A DNA stretch of 64,000 nucleotides from Octopus sinensis (taxonomy: Eukaryota), in the NCBI RefSeq assembly GCF_006345805.1, contig NC_043012.1:49848001-49912000 (forward strand), in the 5' to 3' direction. How positions within the stretch are numbered: the first letter of the stretch is position 1; each line of letters begins with the position of its first letter. Positions 13,176 through 27,211 of the stretch are shown piece after piece. The notes beneath the pieces are model-generated. The model saw nothing but the letters and a program-made list of their open reading frames with translations, did no database searches and was not told the origin of the DNA. A program made the translations under genes and the position numbers.

Positions 13176-13470
13176 TTAATATTGCTGGTCCAGGGTGTTT
13201 AAACTTGGTCTAAATTTTTTGATGAAATAAAGTTCTTTATTTTGGCGTTGCGTGAAGGTTACGCTGTCACTGAATTTGTAAAGTGGGTAAGTTGTAAATT
13301 TCGGATTTTCATTTGCAGCACATCTATCTATGTGTCCGCTTACCGGTATTTTCCGGTATTCAGGCTTTCTAATTTGTGATTTATGCACCGCCATCCTGTT
13401 ACGTAAGCTATTTTTTGTATGGCCTATATATTGCCTATTGCAGCCTGCGCATATAGTAATATCTATTTGC
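13176..13470 (-). pseudogene. Penelope-like element C-terminal GIY-YIG endonuclease (5'-truncated)
   Basis: ICAGCNRQYIGHTKNSLRNRMAVHKSQI...VSGHIDRC...RQNKELYFIKKFRPSLN: CxxC, YIG, R..H and E..FI..LN motifs. Confidence 0.9.
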
Positions 13471-13894
13471 CAACTCAATGTGGCAGGCTTACACAGATCG
13501 ATGTGTAATCCACAGATAAACATATTTTCCAGGTGGCTACCGACATATGTGCTGTGTCTGTGTAGTGTGAGCAAGTAATTTATTGCTCCCTTTCTAGCGT
13601 TAGCGATACCTGTAGACCAATGGATTCTGGATTATATCCCTTCTTCGGTAGAGGACAATCGCCGGCTAGAGATGTAAGACACTCGAACTCGCTCACAGTA
13701 TATACTTTTAAAGCGACACACAGTCGCTGATGTCGTAAAGAGAAATGCATCTGGTTTAAAATCTCTGACCGAGAAGTATGTAGTAACAATACCGAACAGT
13801 AAATTTTTCTTGCCAACACAATGCTACATTCCTACACAGGACGATGTTACTGCTTTTTATTATATGTATATATATATATATATATATATGTATA

Positions 13895-14260
13895 TAACCA
13901 GTTAGAATTTTTTTCTGGCTGTGCAGTCCATCTCCCTTAAAAGGTCCCTGAATAAAGTTTGTTTCAGAATGTTGAAAGAAATACTCATGTTCACAGAGGT
14001 GAACAGACCCCAAAGTATTTCTTTCAACACATAGCCATGATGCTCCCCCCACTACTTCTGCTCGTATTCAGAGATGCCACTAAGGGCATATTCAACTTGT
14101 TACGGTCAAGCAACTGACAGGCACATGTGTTGTATACAGCAGGATATTTGCTGTAGCCTATCTTTTATACCAAGACAACACAATTTATGGGATAAAACTT
14201 CCAATCAGTTCAGATGAGAAGCCATGAGAACCACTGCTTGGTACTGCATCAGAGCATTTA
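13895..14260 (-). mobile_element. Probable 5' leader (UTR) of an RLE-type LINE family
   Basis: Non-coding and GC-richer, starting at an (AAT)n tract; resembles an octopus LINE leader as I recall it, not verified by search. Confidence 0.4.
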
Positions 14261-14264
14261 TTAT

Positions 14265-14306
14265 TTTATAATTATTATTATTATTATTATTAATTATTAT
14301 TATTAT

Positions 14307-14346
<40 letters not shown>

Positions 14347-14365
14347 GGTGGTGGTGGTGGTGGTT

Positions 14366-14413
<48 letters not shown>

Positions 14414-14490
14414 TCAATACTCATATTAATAATTGTAGAAGTAGAAATAGCTGTAGCAGCAGCAGCAGCAGCAGTAGCAGCAGTAGTAGC
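14265..14490 (+). repeat. Compound trinucleotide tract (TTA)(TAG)(TGG)(TAG)(CAG)
   Basis: Read directly. Confidence 0.95.
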
Positions 14491-14817
14491 AATGGAAGTG
14501 GGCTGGAGAATCTAGCAATGTTAGTGTTTTTATTGATGACATTTTAGCAAAATTAAAATGCAAGATGTCTTCTGAAACTTTACAGAGTTAAAGAATTATG
14601 TGTCTGAGAATTAAATTACACGAGAAAGAAAAGGAGACGAAATATTATAAATGAATGAAAAATTGCAAAGCATTGAATACTAGGAAGGTTAAAAGTAGTA
14701 GATAAATATACATCTTATACTCACATACATGTGAATTATTACATATCCATACATACATGCATACATACATATATACATACATGCATATATACATACATAC
14801 ATACATACATACATACA

Positions 14818-14850
<33 letters not shown>

Positions 14851-14893
14851 GTATTCTTGCCTGTGCTTATATGCGTATATATGTATATATATG

Positions 14894-15145
14894 ACATATG
14901 CTAGTTTCTTTGAATAACTTCGGGTATATCACCGAATGAGGGAGTGCGAGCATGAGTGGGAATATGAATAGATGTGGATGTGTGTTTACGTGTGTGTGCG
15001 TGTGTGTGTGTGTGTGTGTGGTGTGTGTGTGTGCGTGTGTGTGTGATGTGTATATTTGTGTGAGTACGAGTGTGAATGGAAATGAGTGAGATAACCTGCA
15101 ATAAAAAGCCCAAATCTTCGTAAATATGTTGAATGTAATATGTAA

Positions 15146-15199
<54 letters not shown>

Positions 15200-15480
15200 G
15201 TGTGTGTGTGTGTGTGTGTGGTGTGTGTGTGTGTGTGAGTGTGTGTGTGTGTATGTATATATATATATATATCTATATACATACATACGTATATATATAT
15301 GCCTCTCTATATGTGTATATAAGCACACACAGACATACACGTGCAGAGGTGCACACACACACACACACGCACACACACACACAAGTGAACACATATCCAC
15401 ATCTATTCATATTCCCACTCATGCTCGCACTCCCTCTTTCGGTGATGTACCCGAAGCCATTCAAAGAAACTAGCATATGT
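14894..15480. repeat. Inverted repeat, 96-nt unique arms (6 mismatches) extended by (GT)n/(CA)n
   Basis: 14894-14989 versus reverse complement of 15385-15480; the ORF track shows the same peptide on both strands (TSIHIPTHARTPSFGD). Confidence 0.95.
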
Positions 15481-15700
15481 AATATACTTTATGTCTTCTG
15501 AGCCAAACAGTTTGTGTTCTTAATATAAATAGTAAACTTCAGTGTTTTCTAAATTGTATAAACCTTTTAAATAAAGAAATAAATGCATAAACATTGTAAA
15601 CTTTGCATTAAGCTTTCTATATATCCGTTAATATATGTTCATATAAAATGTTAAAGAAAGATATTCGTTTAGATGTGTACAATAGTTGTAAAAGTATACG

Positions 15701-16977
15701 TACGAGGCTGTACCCACAAGAAACCGGAATTTTGCGTTTTTTATTCACTTAGTTTTACGTGTTTACTCTTTTATCGCTTTCTAAGAATTCTCCGTTCATA
15801 GTAAAGCATTGGTCAAAACACGTTTTCCACTGTTCGAAGTAGTCCCAGAACTCCTGCGAAGTGATGCCGTTTAACGCCTCCCTCGTTTTTTCTTCACCTC
15901 TTCCACATCGGCAAAACGTTATCATTTAAGGATTTTTCATTCGGAACAACAGAAAAAAAAACAACAGATTGCAGGGAGCAAGATCAGTTGAATAGGGAGT
16001 GTAGGTAAATGGGGTCATGCCAGTTTTGTTCAAAGGCTGTCTGATATTCAAGGTGTTGTGCGAATGTGCATTGCCCTGATGAAACCACCACATTCCAATT
16101 TGCCACTGGTCAGGTTGTTTTCACCAAACGGTGTCTCGCAAACGTTTCAGAGCTGCCAAGTAAAATGTGTTTGATCACGTGGGACAAATATAGTGTGAAC
16201 AATTCCTTTCGCATTGAGGAAATAAATCAGCATCGCCTTGACACTGGACTTCACTTTTCGCATTTTAAGGGGGCGTGGTGACATCAATATTTCCATTGTC
16301 GTGATTGCTGCATCGTTTCCGGATTATAACCGTAGCACCGGCTTTTTCAACAGTAATGACGTTCGAAAAGAAGGTTAAGATCAAATTCCAGCAGTCCTTT
16401 CAGTTCACGGAAAGCAGTCAGTCGTGAGTGCTTTCCATCTTCCGTGAGCAAGAGAGCTCGAATTTTGCTGGAACTGTTTATATTCGCAATTCGTCGCTTA
16501 AAATTCGTTGGTAGAATACACCAATCATATAAACAAGTTCTTCAATTGTTCGGCAAAGGTCCTCCAAAGTCAGTTCATGAATTTTCGTGATGTTTTCATT
16601 CGTTCTGTTTTCCTGAACGAAGTTGGTCCTGAAAGGACAAGTAATCGTTTCTAAAGTGAGAAAAACACTCGTAAACTTGTGGGTTGGTCATGGCAGCGTC
16701 ATCGTGGGTTATTTCAATTTCACGGAAGCACGCTCTTCCCTTGTTTCAGTCATCGCAAAAATCGAAGCACAGCAAAACAACGACGAACCACATGGAAGTG
16801 CGACGCCAGTCGGCAGACTGGTGCCTGAGGGTTGCAACTAGAGGCTTCTAGCGACGCAAGCTTGAACTACGAGAGGCTTGTCCCATAGAGAAAGATTCAA
16901 ACGGATTTTCAGTACCTACTAGTATATAATTAGCTTAAGTTATTTATATTTTCCGCCGAAAAGATTTTAACCTCGTA
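15701..16977 (-). mobile_element. Decayed mariner transposon; transposase relic about 16753 to 15755
   Basis: MTETREERASVK, QVYECFSHF, CYGYNPETMQQSRQWK, KGIVH..FVP, HQGNAHSH, TPYSTDLAPC, KRFADVEEVK; TACGAGG at the left end and CCTCGTA at the right end. Confidence 0.9.
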
Positions 16978-17015
16978 TTTACACGTCGTTATGTACAGCT
17001 TTATAAACTTCGAGA

Positions 17016-17085
<70 letters not shown>

Positions 17086-17154
17086 CGTGTGTGTATCTAT
17101 ATCTATATATGTATGTCTATCTATCATACTCTCTCTCTCCCTCTCACTCTTTCC

Positions 17155-17212
<58 letters not shown>

Positions 17213-17556
17213 TTATGTGTGCCTGTTATTACGTAACATGCTCCACGATTTTAGTATACATACCTTATTAGTATTTCCTCTTAAGTTCCATAAACTCTGG
17301 GAACGAATGAAAGCCCTTTTCGGGGCTACTGTATTTGAATTCTTACTATCGGGTAACTAATTCCATAACTGACTTCATTATTTTGGTATTATAACTTATA
17401 GGGGGTTCCTAAAAAACAAGATCATGTGTAAGACAGTTCGGTATTCTCTATAAATGCACAAAAACCGTTTTAAGGGCTACATGCTTTGTATTGTTGTTAT
17501 TGGATTAGTGAAACAATTATGGAAACGGAACCAAGGATATGAATGTAAATAAATAT

Positions 17557-18440
17557 TAATATTACCGTTATTAATGATATTAATAAGGTAATAATTAGGT
17601 GCTTAGCAAGTTCACACTTTTACCGGCTAAAAATACACTTTTACAGGCACAATATAAGCTAACTTTAGATTCAGTTGTGTATCTAATTCCACTAGATAAC
17701 ATCGGAGCCAACACCCCAAAACCACCGGGCGCTCACCACCGGGCGCTCACTATAAATATACACACAAGCCAGGCAATGAACAGTTGAGAAACAGACTTAC
17801 GTTTGCGTTGAATACATCAGTAAGTAATGTATATTTCAATACCAACTGATTTCAGCCTCTGTATGACAAACGTACTCTGGGATCTTCAGTTGTAAATAGC
17901 ATTTTAACATCTATTTCTAAAATATTCACTACATTAGCTCGTGTGCGTTCCTTTAAACGTCCAGCGCCATTTAAAAGAAAAATATCGTGAGCAAGAAGAA
18001 ATATAAACAAAGATGTATTATTACCGTTATTAATAATATTTATAAGGTAATAACCAGGTGGTTAACAAGTACACACCTTTACAGGTAAAAAATACACCTT
18101 TGCAGGCACAATATAGGCTAAATTTAAATTCAGAAGAGTATTTAATACCACTTGCTAAAATGAGAGCTAACGCTCCAAAACCATCTTATTATTCTTGCTC
18201 ACGACAGTTTTCTTTTAAATGGTGCGGGATTTTTAAAGTTAAGGAATGTACACGAGCTAATGTCGTGAATATTTTAGAAATAGATGTTAAAATGTTATAT
18301 TCAACTGAAGATCTCATAATATGTTGGTCATATAGAGGGTGCCATCAATTACTATTGAAATATACATTACTGATGTATCCAAACGCACAGGTAAGCCTAT
18401 TTCTTATATGTTCATTGTATATGTATGTATATATATACTT
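17557..18440. repeat. Duplication-with-inversion: direct repeat U (17557-17724, 18016-18183) plus inverted repeat A (about 17750-17997, 18192-18440)
   Basis: By-eye alignment, roughly 75-80% identity; shared CATTTTAACATCTATTTCTAAAATATTCAC and its reverse complement. Confidence 0.85.
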
Positions 18441-18604
18441 TATTTAAAACAGCAGAAATATAACAACAGCTGTTACTCAGAGTTTCACGTTCCCGTTCGT
18501 CGGAGAGTTTTGTTAAATAAAGCATATTACTCTACATCTGGTATTCGAGTACTCTTTTTTCCACCTTGCTTCACATTTATGTGCTTACTCCGGTATATAT
18601 ATAT

Positions 18605-18661
<57 letters not shown>

Positions 18662-20232
18662 AAGCATGCAGGTGTCCACCCCTAGATAAAAACAATAATG
18701 TGTTTGCGGTTCCGTTTGTGCGTGTGAAACCGTATGAATATTATATGCAGGGTAAATATTTGTAACAGTAAATCCCTGTAACTTTTGTAGGTATGGCTTT
18801 TTTATTTGGTTACACACAATATCGTATCCATAGGACATTATACGATTTTGCATGGTGCCAATGAAACCTAAGAAGGAATTATGTTCTCATACTTGAACTA
18901 AATCACCTGTCTTCTTGTAAGTATATCTATTCTACATAGGGATAGCTATTTCCTTCGATACATTTTCCACATTAGTAGTATATTTTATCTTCGCCTGCAT
19001 TTGCTTCTTTCTGATCTTAAATTTTGAAGTCTTGAAGGCTACAATTTTCATATATGTTGGAATTGTTCTGCTGCACTTCTACTCCTATTCTTTTCATAAT
19101 GTGAACTTCACTGAAATACCAGCATCCAATTTTAAGTACAATAATGGATTTTGGACCACATCCTGGTGAATTCTGTTCTAATACGATAAAAATTTTCCAA
19201 GTTTGGAAATTTTAAATTACTATGGCTAATTTTATGTTGCAACGGTTTTCATCTCAGAAGTTATCTGCCTAATGTCACAGAGACAATATGTAATGTCACT
19301 CAGTTTTGTCGACAATAGAAATTACTGTTATTAGCTAAAAGCTCGGGGTGAAATGCTGTCAGCCCACCTCCAAAATGTGTATAAATGCGATCTGTTTAGA
19401 TAAGGTCGAAAACCAAGGAAAAAATTAAAAAATCTGATGTTTCGGAAGTAAACTGTGTAATGAATTTTACTGTCAGTTATACGAATTGTCTGACACGAAA
19501 AATAAGTTCCCTATAATCTTAAAAAGAAAATGTATTAAACTATTGTATTACAATAGTGTAATTCATATGTTTGAATAAGAAAAACTGAAACTATAGAATG
19601 AACCAAAATATTCCGACAGTTGTCCACAAATAGGAATACGCATCATCACACCAAACGAAAAATAGATAAAGAAATCGCCAGTAGACTATGAAATTTTAGG
19701 AAGACGTGTCTGATGACATCTTGTGCTTTCAACTAACCGATCCATTTTCCTTGACTGACACTTGATGAACTACTGAACAGATTGTTCTCAGTTTGCCAAA
19801 TTATTGATTCTTGAGCCGAGTAAAAATGAACAATACAGGTATTATGGGTATAAGACCACCAGCTAATTTCAGGATGTGGTTTTGAATCTAAATTTAAACT
19901 ATTTCATTTAATTTGTGTGAATGACTCTCAAGAAATGTAATATATAACCGAAATAACATAGTAATGTTTCCTACGCTGTATGAAGTTGGAGTGTAATCTC
20001 AATCAAAATTTATAAAATATTTCAAAGAGTTATTTATTTATTTATTTTTGTTATTAATAACTTGCGATGTTTATCCACGTGTGTTGATGTAAACTAAATA
20101 TCATTAAAAAAATTACATTCAAAATTATATATCAACAGCTAAATTTTTAATGTCATTTGTATTTGATAACGTAAACGCCACATGCTTTAAAACTGATATC
20201 AACGTAACCTACCATTTATAATAGCGGACACC

Positions 20233-20522
20233 GATGTTTATAGTGGTTAGGGCAGCAGACTCGCGGTCGGAGGATTGCGGTTTCGATTCCGAGACCGGGC
20301 GTTGAGTGTGTTTATTGAGTAAAAACACCTAAAAGCTCCACGAGGCTCCGGCAGTTGGTGGTGGGGACCCCTGTTGTACTCTTTCGCCACAACTTTCTCT
20401 CACTCTCGTTTTCTTTAGTATCGCTGCGATTGACTGGCGTCCCGTCCAGCTATTGAGGGAACACAGAAACCGGGAAAACGGGCCCATGAGCCTCGCTAGG
20501 CTTGAAAAGAGCGACGAAAAAA
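20233..20522 (+). mobile_element. SINE group C (tRNA-derived), head 1 plus tail X
   Basis: TAGTGGTTAGGGCAGCAGACTCGCGGTCGG...GGTTTCGATTCC (A/B boxes); head shared with 25420-25705, tail shared with 30372-30470. Confidence 0.85.
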
Positions 20523-22138
20523 GAAAACGAATGTTTATAACTCATTTATTTTTTAAAGCTGTATAGTTCATTGGTAATACTTCCGTGTCGTAGGTGAAAG
20601 ATGCGTGGTTCGAGCCCTGACAAGTGAACTTGCTACTGCTCATGTTTCATGTGTACAATTGTGGTTCATATTCCTCGAACATGACTAGTCTCATTCCATC
20701 TCCACTTTGACTTACCTGATTTTCTTGCTTCTCCTATCATCAATCATGACTCTTTCTCCCACCAAGCTGCGCATTATTCACCATGTCAAATTCTTCCTAA
20801 TCAAGTGTGTATGCTTGCATTCACTTCTCTCCTTGATTATGTCCTTTTTGCTGATGTCGAATTGCAAAATTTTAAGCGTTACCTTAGCAGCTTAAGACGA
20901 CTTTGGAAGGGCGAAAGCACTACCCATATTTTCAGTTTCAGTGAGGAAAGCATAAATAAAACAAAATTTGGTATATTTGTTATTCTTTGTTCCACAAATA
21001 CCGTGGGATGCAAGAACATGGTAGTGGCGGTGAGTAAGTGGCTTGCAACATAACCCCACTCTCAATTAATTTAATATAATCTAAGTAATCAGCAAGTCAG
21101 TAAAAATCTAATTGCGTAGAGGGCGCCAAGGTATAATACAGAATAACATTACAGCAAATGGCTTTAAATCATCCAGTAGTGTTTCCGAAGCAGTTTCACT
21201 TCTTTTTCGACCATACATGTATTAGCTATTATAGTCGTATGGAGCCAAAGAAACTATTTCAGTTTCTGTTACACACTCTTGTGCAAACTGCCAAAATTAC
21301 GTGGTGTAAATTGACTTTTGTGCGTCAGATTATCTGATATATAAAGCCATACTGATTTAATATATCAGTATTTAATGGAATACACATGGCTTTGAATAGA
21401 ATATTTAATGAAAACGTCTTTGGTTCGAAAATTGCGATGCAATGTTAAGCATAATAAAAGCGGATATAGATAAACGGAAGTCCGTTTAATGTCACAAGGG
21501 TCATTCCCCTCTGCCATCTCTAAGAAAGCTTAGTGGAAAAAGAAAGAAAACATCCTTACACTTGCATCCATCTGTTTTGTTGCAGGGCGCAATTCTTTTA
21601 TTACAATCTACTGAAGACAAGTATCTGGATTAAGCGACTCCAAAGATGTATTTTAGATCGGAATTGAAGAATACATCCTTCAGTACTACGGAATAATTTC
21701 CTTTCGTATTCTATAAAATATATTATTTATTATTCGAGAAATCTATCGATATACAGATAAAGGTATACAGGTGCGAATAAATGATTGCATATATATATAT
21801 ATATTAATGTTTGCTAAACTTAAAGTCAAAGACAGGAATAATGATGAGAATGTTCTAACATAATAAACCAATTGTTTTTTCGTCTCTATACTTAATAGTA
21901 GCTCTTAAATACTTCCTTACATACAAATAGTATTCAAGGAATTTAAGAGAACAAAAATTTACCTCGGTGCTAATATTAAGTTCATCATACATCACTATAC
22001 CAGCAGTTATTAAAGGCCGACGAGAACTAGCGAATACGTGAATCATTCCTTCTACGATTTGTGAAACAGCTTGTAGCCTTAGACTTAATTCTTTCTAAAA
22101 CTCAATTCTTTCTAAAAAACTGAATGACTGTGACCTTA

Positions 22139-22329
22139 TACGAGGGTTTGCTGAAAAGTTCGTGGCTTTGTGTAAACCAGAATACATGAGGATAAATTAA
22201 TTATGACTATTCAACACATTCCCCACTCAAATTCACACACTTAGAGTGATCCTTCAGTCTTTCTAAGCTGTGTAAAATAACTCGTAAGTTTGGATCTTAA
22301 AGGCAGGAACTTTCCTGCACCCCGTCGTA
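22139..22329. mobile_element. Mariner-derived MITE with TA ends
   Basis: Left TACGAGGGTTTGCTGAAAAGTTCGTGGCTTT versus right reverse complement TACGACGGGGTGCAGGAAAGTTCCTGCCTTT. Confidence 0.75.
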
Positions 22330-24004
22330 ATAAACATTCTAAGTGAGGTGTGTAGTTGATCAACTCAGTTTAGTGTATTACTGATATTAACTTTATTGAG
22401 AAAAAAATTATGATAAAGCAAAATGTAATCCTTTGTAAGGAGAGAATCTCAACCGACTGCAACTTTCCCACAGATTGCTTTTACTTCTTCGAAGTACTTT
22501 ATTTTTTACTGTAAATTAAATTGATGCTGTTGCATTTAATGGTTCACGAAGCAAAATAATTAGTGGATGAAAAGATTAAAGATTCTGGTAAACCTAGCAG
22601 ACAAGAAGGTTTTCATCCCGGTTAGACGTTTGTTCATTTCAGTTATAAGGGTCAGAAATCTCTTACGATAATACGTCAAAGGCAGAGGTTCACGAGGGAA
22701 AAATGGAGGTTCCAACGAGGCTTGATACATGAGAAAAGAAAAGAAATGAAGATGACAGGGTGCCTGTGGTTAGGTATACCGTAAAGTAAATCCACGTCGA
22801 AGGACGAGAGGAACCATGAATTTTGATTGCATCAAAAATATCATGGTTGCAGCTTCAACGACGACGAAATACACTGACTACCAATCTTGAGAATTTAAGA
22901 AAAAGCTGGTTCAAAGACAACAGATCCAAGTCACAACTGAAATTGTAGATATTTGTAAAACTCACCAAACTTTTATCATTTAAGTATGAAAGCGCTTGTT
23001 TAGATATGCAACTATATGTATGAGAATTCATACATAAAACAAAACAAACAAATCTGCACATTCACTGACTCCAAAAACTGCATGTGTGCAAAAATACATG
23101 TAAAAACACCCTGTGGCGAATTGGATCCAGGTTCGAAACCCAATCTTTCTTTATTAACAGGAAATATTCAAATGTAACTGAATAACAACACGCATAAGTG
23201 ATGAGTTGAAGAGTGGTAGTGCGTCAAAATATAGGGTGCAATATTTACGCTGGTTTATGTTATTTTTCCTAATATGAAGTTCTACATTGATTTACCTTTC
23301 GCATTTCTTCGCTCCAGAATGGAAAATCCTATATACTCTTATAATATCGAACTTGTGCCTCATCCATTCAAAGCAATATAAATTTATAATTATTTTTGAC
23401 GTATAATCATAAATCACACCTGAAAAGAAAATCGTACAGGACACATTATTAATAGAATGAATAATCATAATAAAAAAATCATTTTGCCAAAAACAAAGTT
23501 ATTTCGAATCGAGAAACTAAAAGTTTGAGATTCGCAAAGATTAAAAAGTCATTTAACACCTATACTATAACCAGATTTTGATTTTTTTTTTCTGTGCAAA
23601 TATAAACAACACTTCGACACACTGATCATTTCGTAATCTAGGTGAAGAAAAAATTTACTTGAGTATAGTTCTATAAGATTCAGGTGATGAGATAAACAAG
23701 AGTTATTAATAATTTGGCACGTTTAATTATCTCAATATACGGTATCAGTTTTCATTACAGAAATCTGCGAACAGTAATTATATATTCGTACAGAAATACA
23801 GCTTTGCACATTTTGCAATTCATAATTTTTATTAATTTTGTAATGTTTTTAAATCACAAAAATCGATACTTCGAAAGCTCTATTATATCTTGAATAGTTT
23901 AAGCGTGTATCCTAGACCTAAAGACCGATGCACACGTACATATACTTGCAAAGGTAGATGTGCGCGTTCGTTTGTTTGTGCACGCGCTGTGTGTAAGGGT
24001 TATG

Positions 24005-24047
<43 letters not shown>

Positions 24048-24327
24048 GAGAGAGAGAGAGAGAATGTGTGAAAGAGAAAGAGAGAAGAGAAGAAAGTGGA
24101 GTGAGATCCTCCATCTGATTGGATTAATAATCACCTGCTACCGACAGAACAACATAGTTCATAAATCTTAACCTAGCGAGCGCTGATGCACTCTCATATA
24201 TATGCACATGTGTGTGTGTATGCACGCGCATCTGTGTTGTGCGTGTGTGTGAGTGTGTGCATATACATACATCGAGATATAAGTGCGCCAGTATATGAAT
24301 GTACATAATATACATATACAGCATATA

Positions 24328-24335
24328 TAATAATA

Positions 24336-24416
<81 letters not shown>

Positions 24417-24424
24417 TAATAATG

Positions 24425-24456
<32 letters not shown>

Positions 24457-24464
24457 TAATAATA

Positions 24465-24496
<32 letters not shown>

Positions 24497-24497
24497 T
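24328..24497 (+). repeat. (AAT)n microsatellite
   Basis: Read directly. Confidence 0.95.
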
Positions 24498-24510
24498 CCA
24501 TATAGATTTA

Positions 24511-24541
<31 letters not shown>

Positions 24542-24639
24542 GCTTATACATACCTATTTATATGTGTGTGTGTGCGTGTACGTATGTATACATATGTTAC
24601 AACCGATACATTTTGAATTTAGGACATAAAAGTTGCCGT

Positions 24640-25370
24640 TCGTATTTCTTTTATTTCCGGTACTCTACGGTTATGTAAGTGGATGTTGGCGGTCCTCCAT
24701 ATGTTAAATTCTCGGAATCCTCACTCTTTTTCAATCGGCCATCGAGCAGAAGTACTGCCCTGAAAGTTTTTATATTTTTCTGCCTGGATATAGGCTTCTA
24801 ACTACAAAGGGGCTGGGGTGATTTGAGCTTCTGTGAATGCACACATATTTTAAGTCGGAGGTTCCTGTAAAAGAAGTACTTGCCCGCCCGCAGATCAAGT
24901 CTCAGGTCTAGGAAGTCGACAGTAGTATCAAGTTGGTTATGGCTGTTATGGTCAGGTCGAAATTTTGAATATTTTTATGAAGACCATCCTAAATTTGTCT
25001 ATCGCCTGACCGAGGTTGACAAACCATCGTCCCTGTAAAGGACCGACGTTTGATTGATAGTCCAAAGAGATCAGTGATTTCGGCCCCGGCTTAGCTCCCT
25101 ACAGAATCGTCGAACAGTGTCGATAAATAGGGTAGAAGTCCAAGATTTAAAAACTGTGTGCATCTGAAGTCGAATTTATTCATGATAATACAGAATAGGA
25201 CGAACACAGCTGTGCTGGAAGACCATGGAATCTACCCTGGGGTCCCCTACTAGTATTTGAGTTGCTGGTACCGTGAATGAACTTACTTATATTGCCTATA
25301 TTGTTTTTAGAGAGGTTGATCAGCCTGCATTCGGTGTTGAGAGAAAACTGTATTTGGGACCTCCAGTATA
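24640..25370 (-). pseudogene. Penelope-like element reverse transcriptase relic with an internal deletion
   Basis: CRLINLSKNNIGNISKFI, DFYP, GS*AGAEITDLFGL, LYRDDGL (25020-25037), TVDFLDL, SNHP. Confidence 0.85.
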
Positions 25371-25419
25371 AATCCTGCAAAATCGAAAGTACACACACAC
25401 ACACACACTTATATATATA

Positions 25420-25705
25420 TCACCGTGATCACCGTGACCGACCAGGCTATCAGATGTGGCTACACATCACTGCTCACAATGCGCTTCGCATTGATTTAGC
25501 CTTCAAATGACGCCACCCCACTGGCTAAGCGAGCAGGCCAACAGAAGAAAGAGTGAAAGAAAGTTGTGGCGAAAGAGTACAGCAGGGATCGTGGAGCTTT
25601 AGGTGTTTTCGCTCAATAAACACTCACAACGCCCGGTCTGGGAATCGAAACCGCGATCCTACGACCGCGAGTCCGCTGCCCTAAATACTGGGCCATTGCA
25701 CCTCC
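25420..25705 (-). mobile_element. SINE group C, head 1 plus tail Y
   Basis: Reverse complement GGAGGTGCAATGGCCCAGT..TTAGGGCAGCGGACTCGCGGTCG..GGTTTCGATTCCC; body shared with 20233, tail unrelated. Confidence 0.85.
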
Positions 25706-26463
25706 ATATATATATATATATATATAATATATATATATATACATAAATAATGCGTTAATTAGTAGAAAAGCTGTCGATCATCTAAGAAAGTACAAATAGT
25801 CTTATAATAAAAAAAAAATACAAATGTTGTAAATACAGCTACCCAGATTTTCCTGGTCAATAAAATGTATTCCTCTATTTTTCGACCTGGAAACAAGACC
25901 CTTTGTCAGTAGTCGTCTGAGCAGATAATGTTTACACAAGAGATGCTGGTAAAGAAGAAGACAAAAAAGAAAAGCAGAAGTGAGATAACCAACGTTACAA
26001 TAGTTCTATGTCAAGCACACGTAAACTAGATATTAATGGTTTACTAAGTTCCTGGTGTCCTAATTTTAAATTCCGACAACACTTTTTGAAACGCAGAGAT
26101 ACACAAAAAATCTTCTATATGTATTCGCCGAAAGGTCTCAAGCTTTTTAAGAGAAAGCAATTTCGAAATCAAATGGAAAATATTTTTCAAATCGAGACCC
26201 CGTGTGAAGTGGAAATAAATGTTCAGTATTTTCTCTTGAGAAACTGTATCAGGAAAAAAGACCTATATCATAGGTATCACACTGTATCGGTCACTGTGAT
26301 TACCTTGTTTGTCTAGAGCGTTTCCAATGCGGTGCCTCACCATGGCCGAGGTCTAATGATTGAAACAAGAGAAAAGATGCAAGACATTCATACACAGACG
26401 CATAAACACACAGACATACACACACGCGCAAATATATATATATATAGAGAGAGAGAGATGGAT

Positions 26464-26532
<69 letters not shown>

Positions 26533-27160
26533 CGTTTAAATCTTTATGCATGTATGTTTCTTTGGTTGCAAATTTTATAACATATGTTGACTGCATGGAC
26601 TAGATTTAATACGAATAGTATTACGTAAAGCAAAGTGGTTATAATGCTTTTTTTTTTGTAGCACTTTTTTTTAACGTAGAACATATTCTATTTGAACAGA
26701 ACTTCACAATCGATATGTCACTTGGAAATTGTGCAGATTTCAGCACAATATGTTTCCAGCTTGCAGTAGAAGATTCGCCCATACGTAACTGGCCCTATAT
26801 AACATGTAATAGGATAAAAACAGTTTATCTTCGTCTGCTAAGTCAGGCATTTTTAAAGAATGTATGTCAACATAGACAAAATATAGCAATCACAATGAAA
26901 ATCTTAAATGGCATTTCACTATCTCAAGATACATATTTCAAAATCTATCACATGGTGCGTTGGTTCTTCAGGCTGGATTCTCTAATACATTTTTTTTTCA
27001 AGAAGTAAACATGCCCAATTATGCCATTAACGAAAATATATTAATAAAGAATGTTATACCTGTGGGCAAACGTTTTAAAAATGTATAAACTTCAGTGTCA
27101 TTGATTATTTAAAATGTTTAGTTGTACTAATTAAGCATCGCAGTGTCGTTAACATAAATG

Positions 27161-27211
<51 letters not shown>

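Noticed and set aside
13176-25370. PLE RT (24640-25370) and GIY-YIG (13176-13470) as one broken element
   Set aside because: Order and strand fit, but they are 11 kb apart, differ greatly in decay, and appear to represent different PLE lineages.
26008-26316. 102-aa non-repetitive ORF
   Set aside because: No recognisable domain or splice context; compatible with chance.
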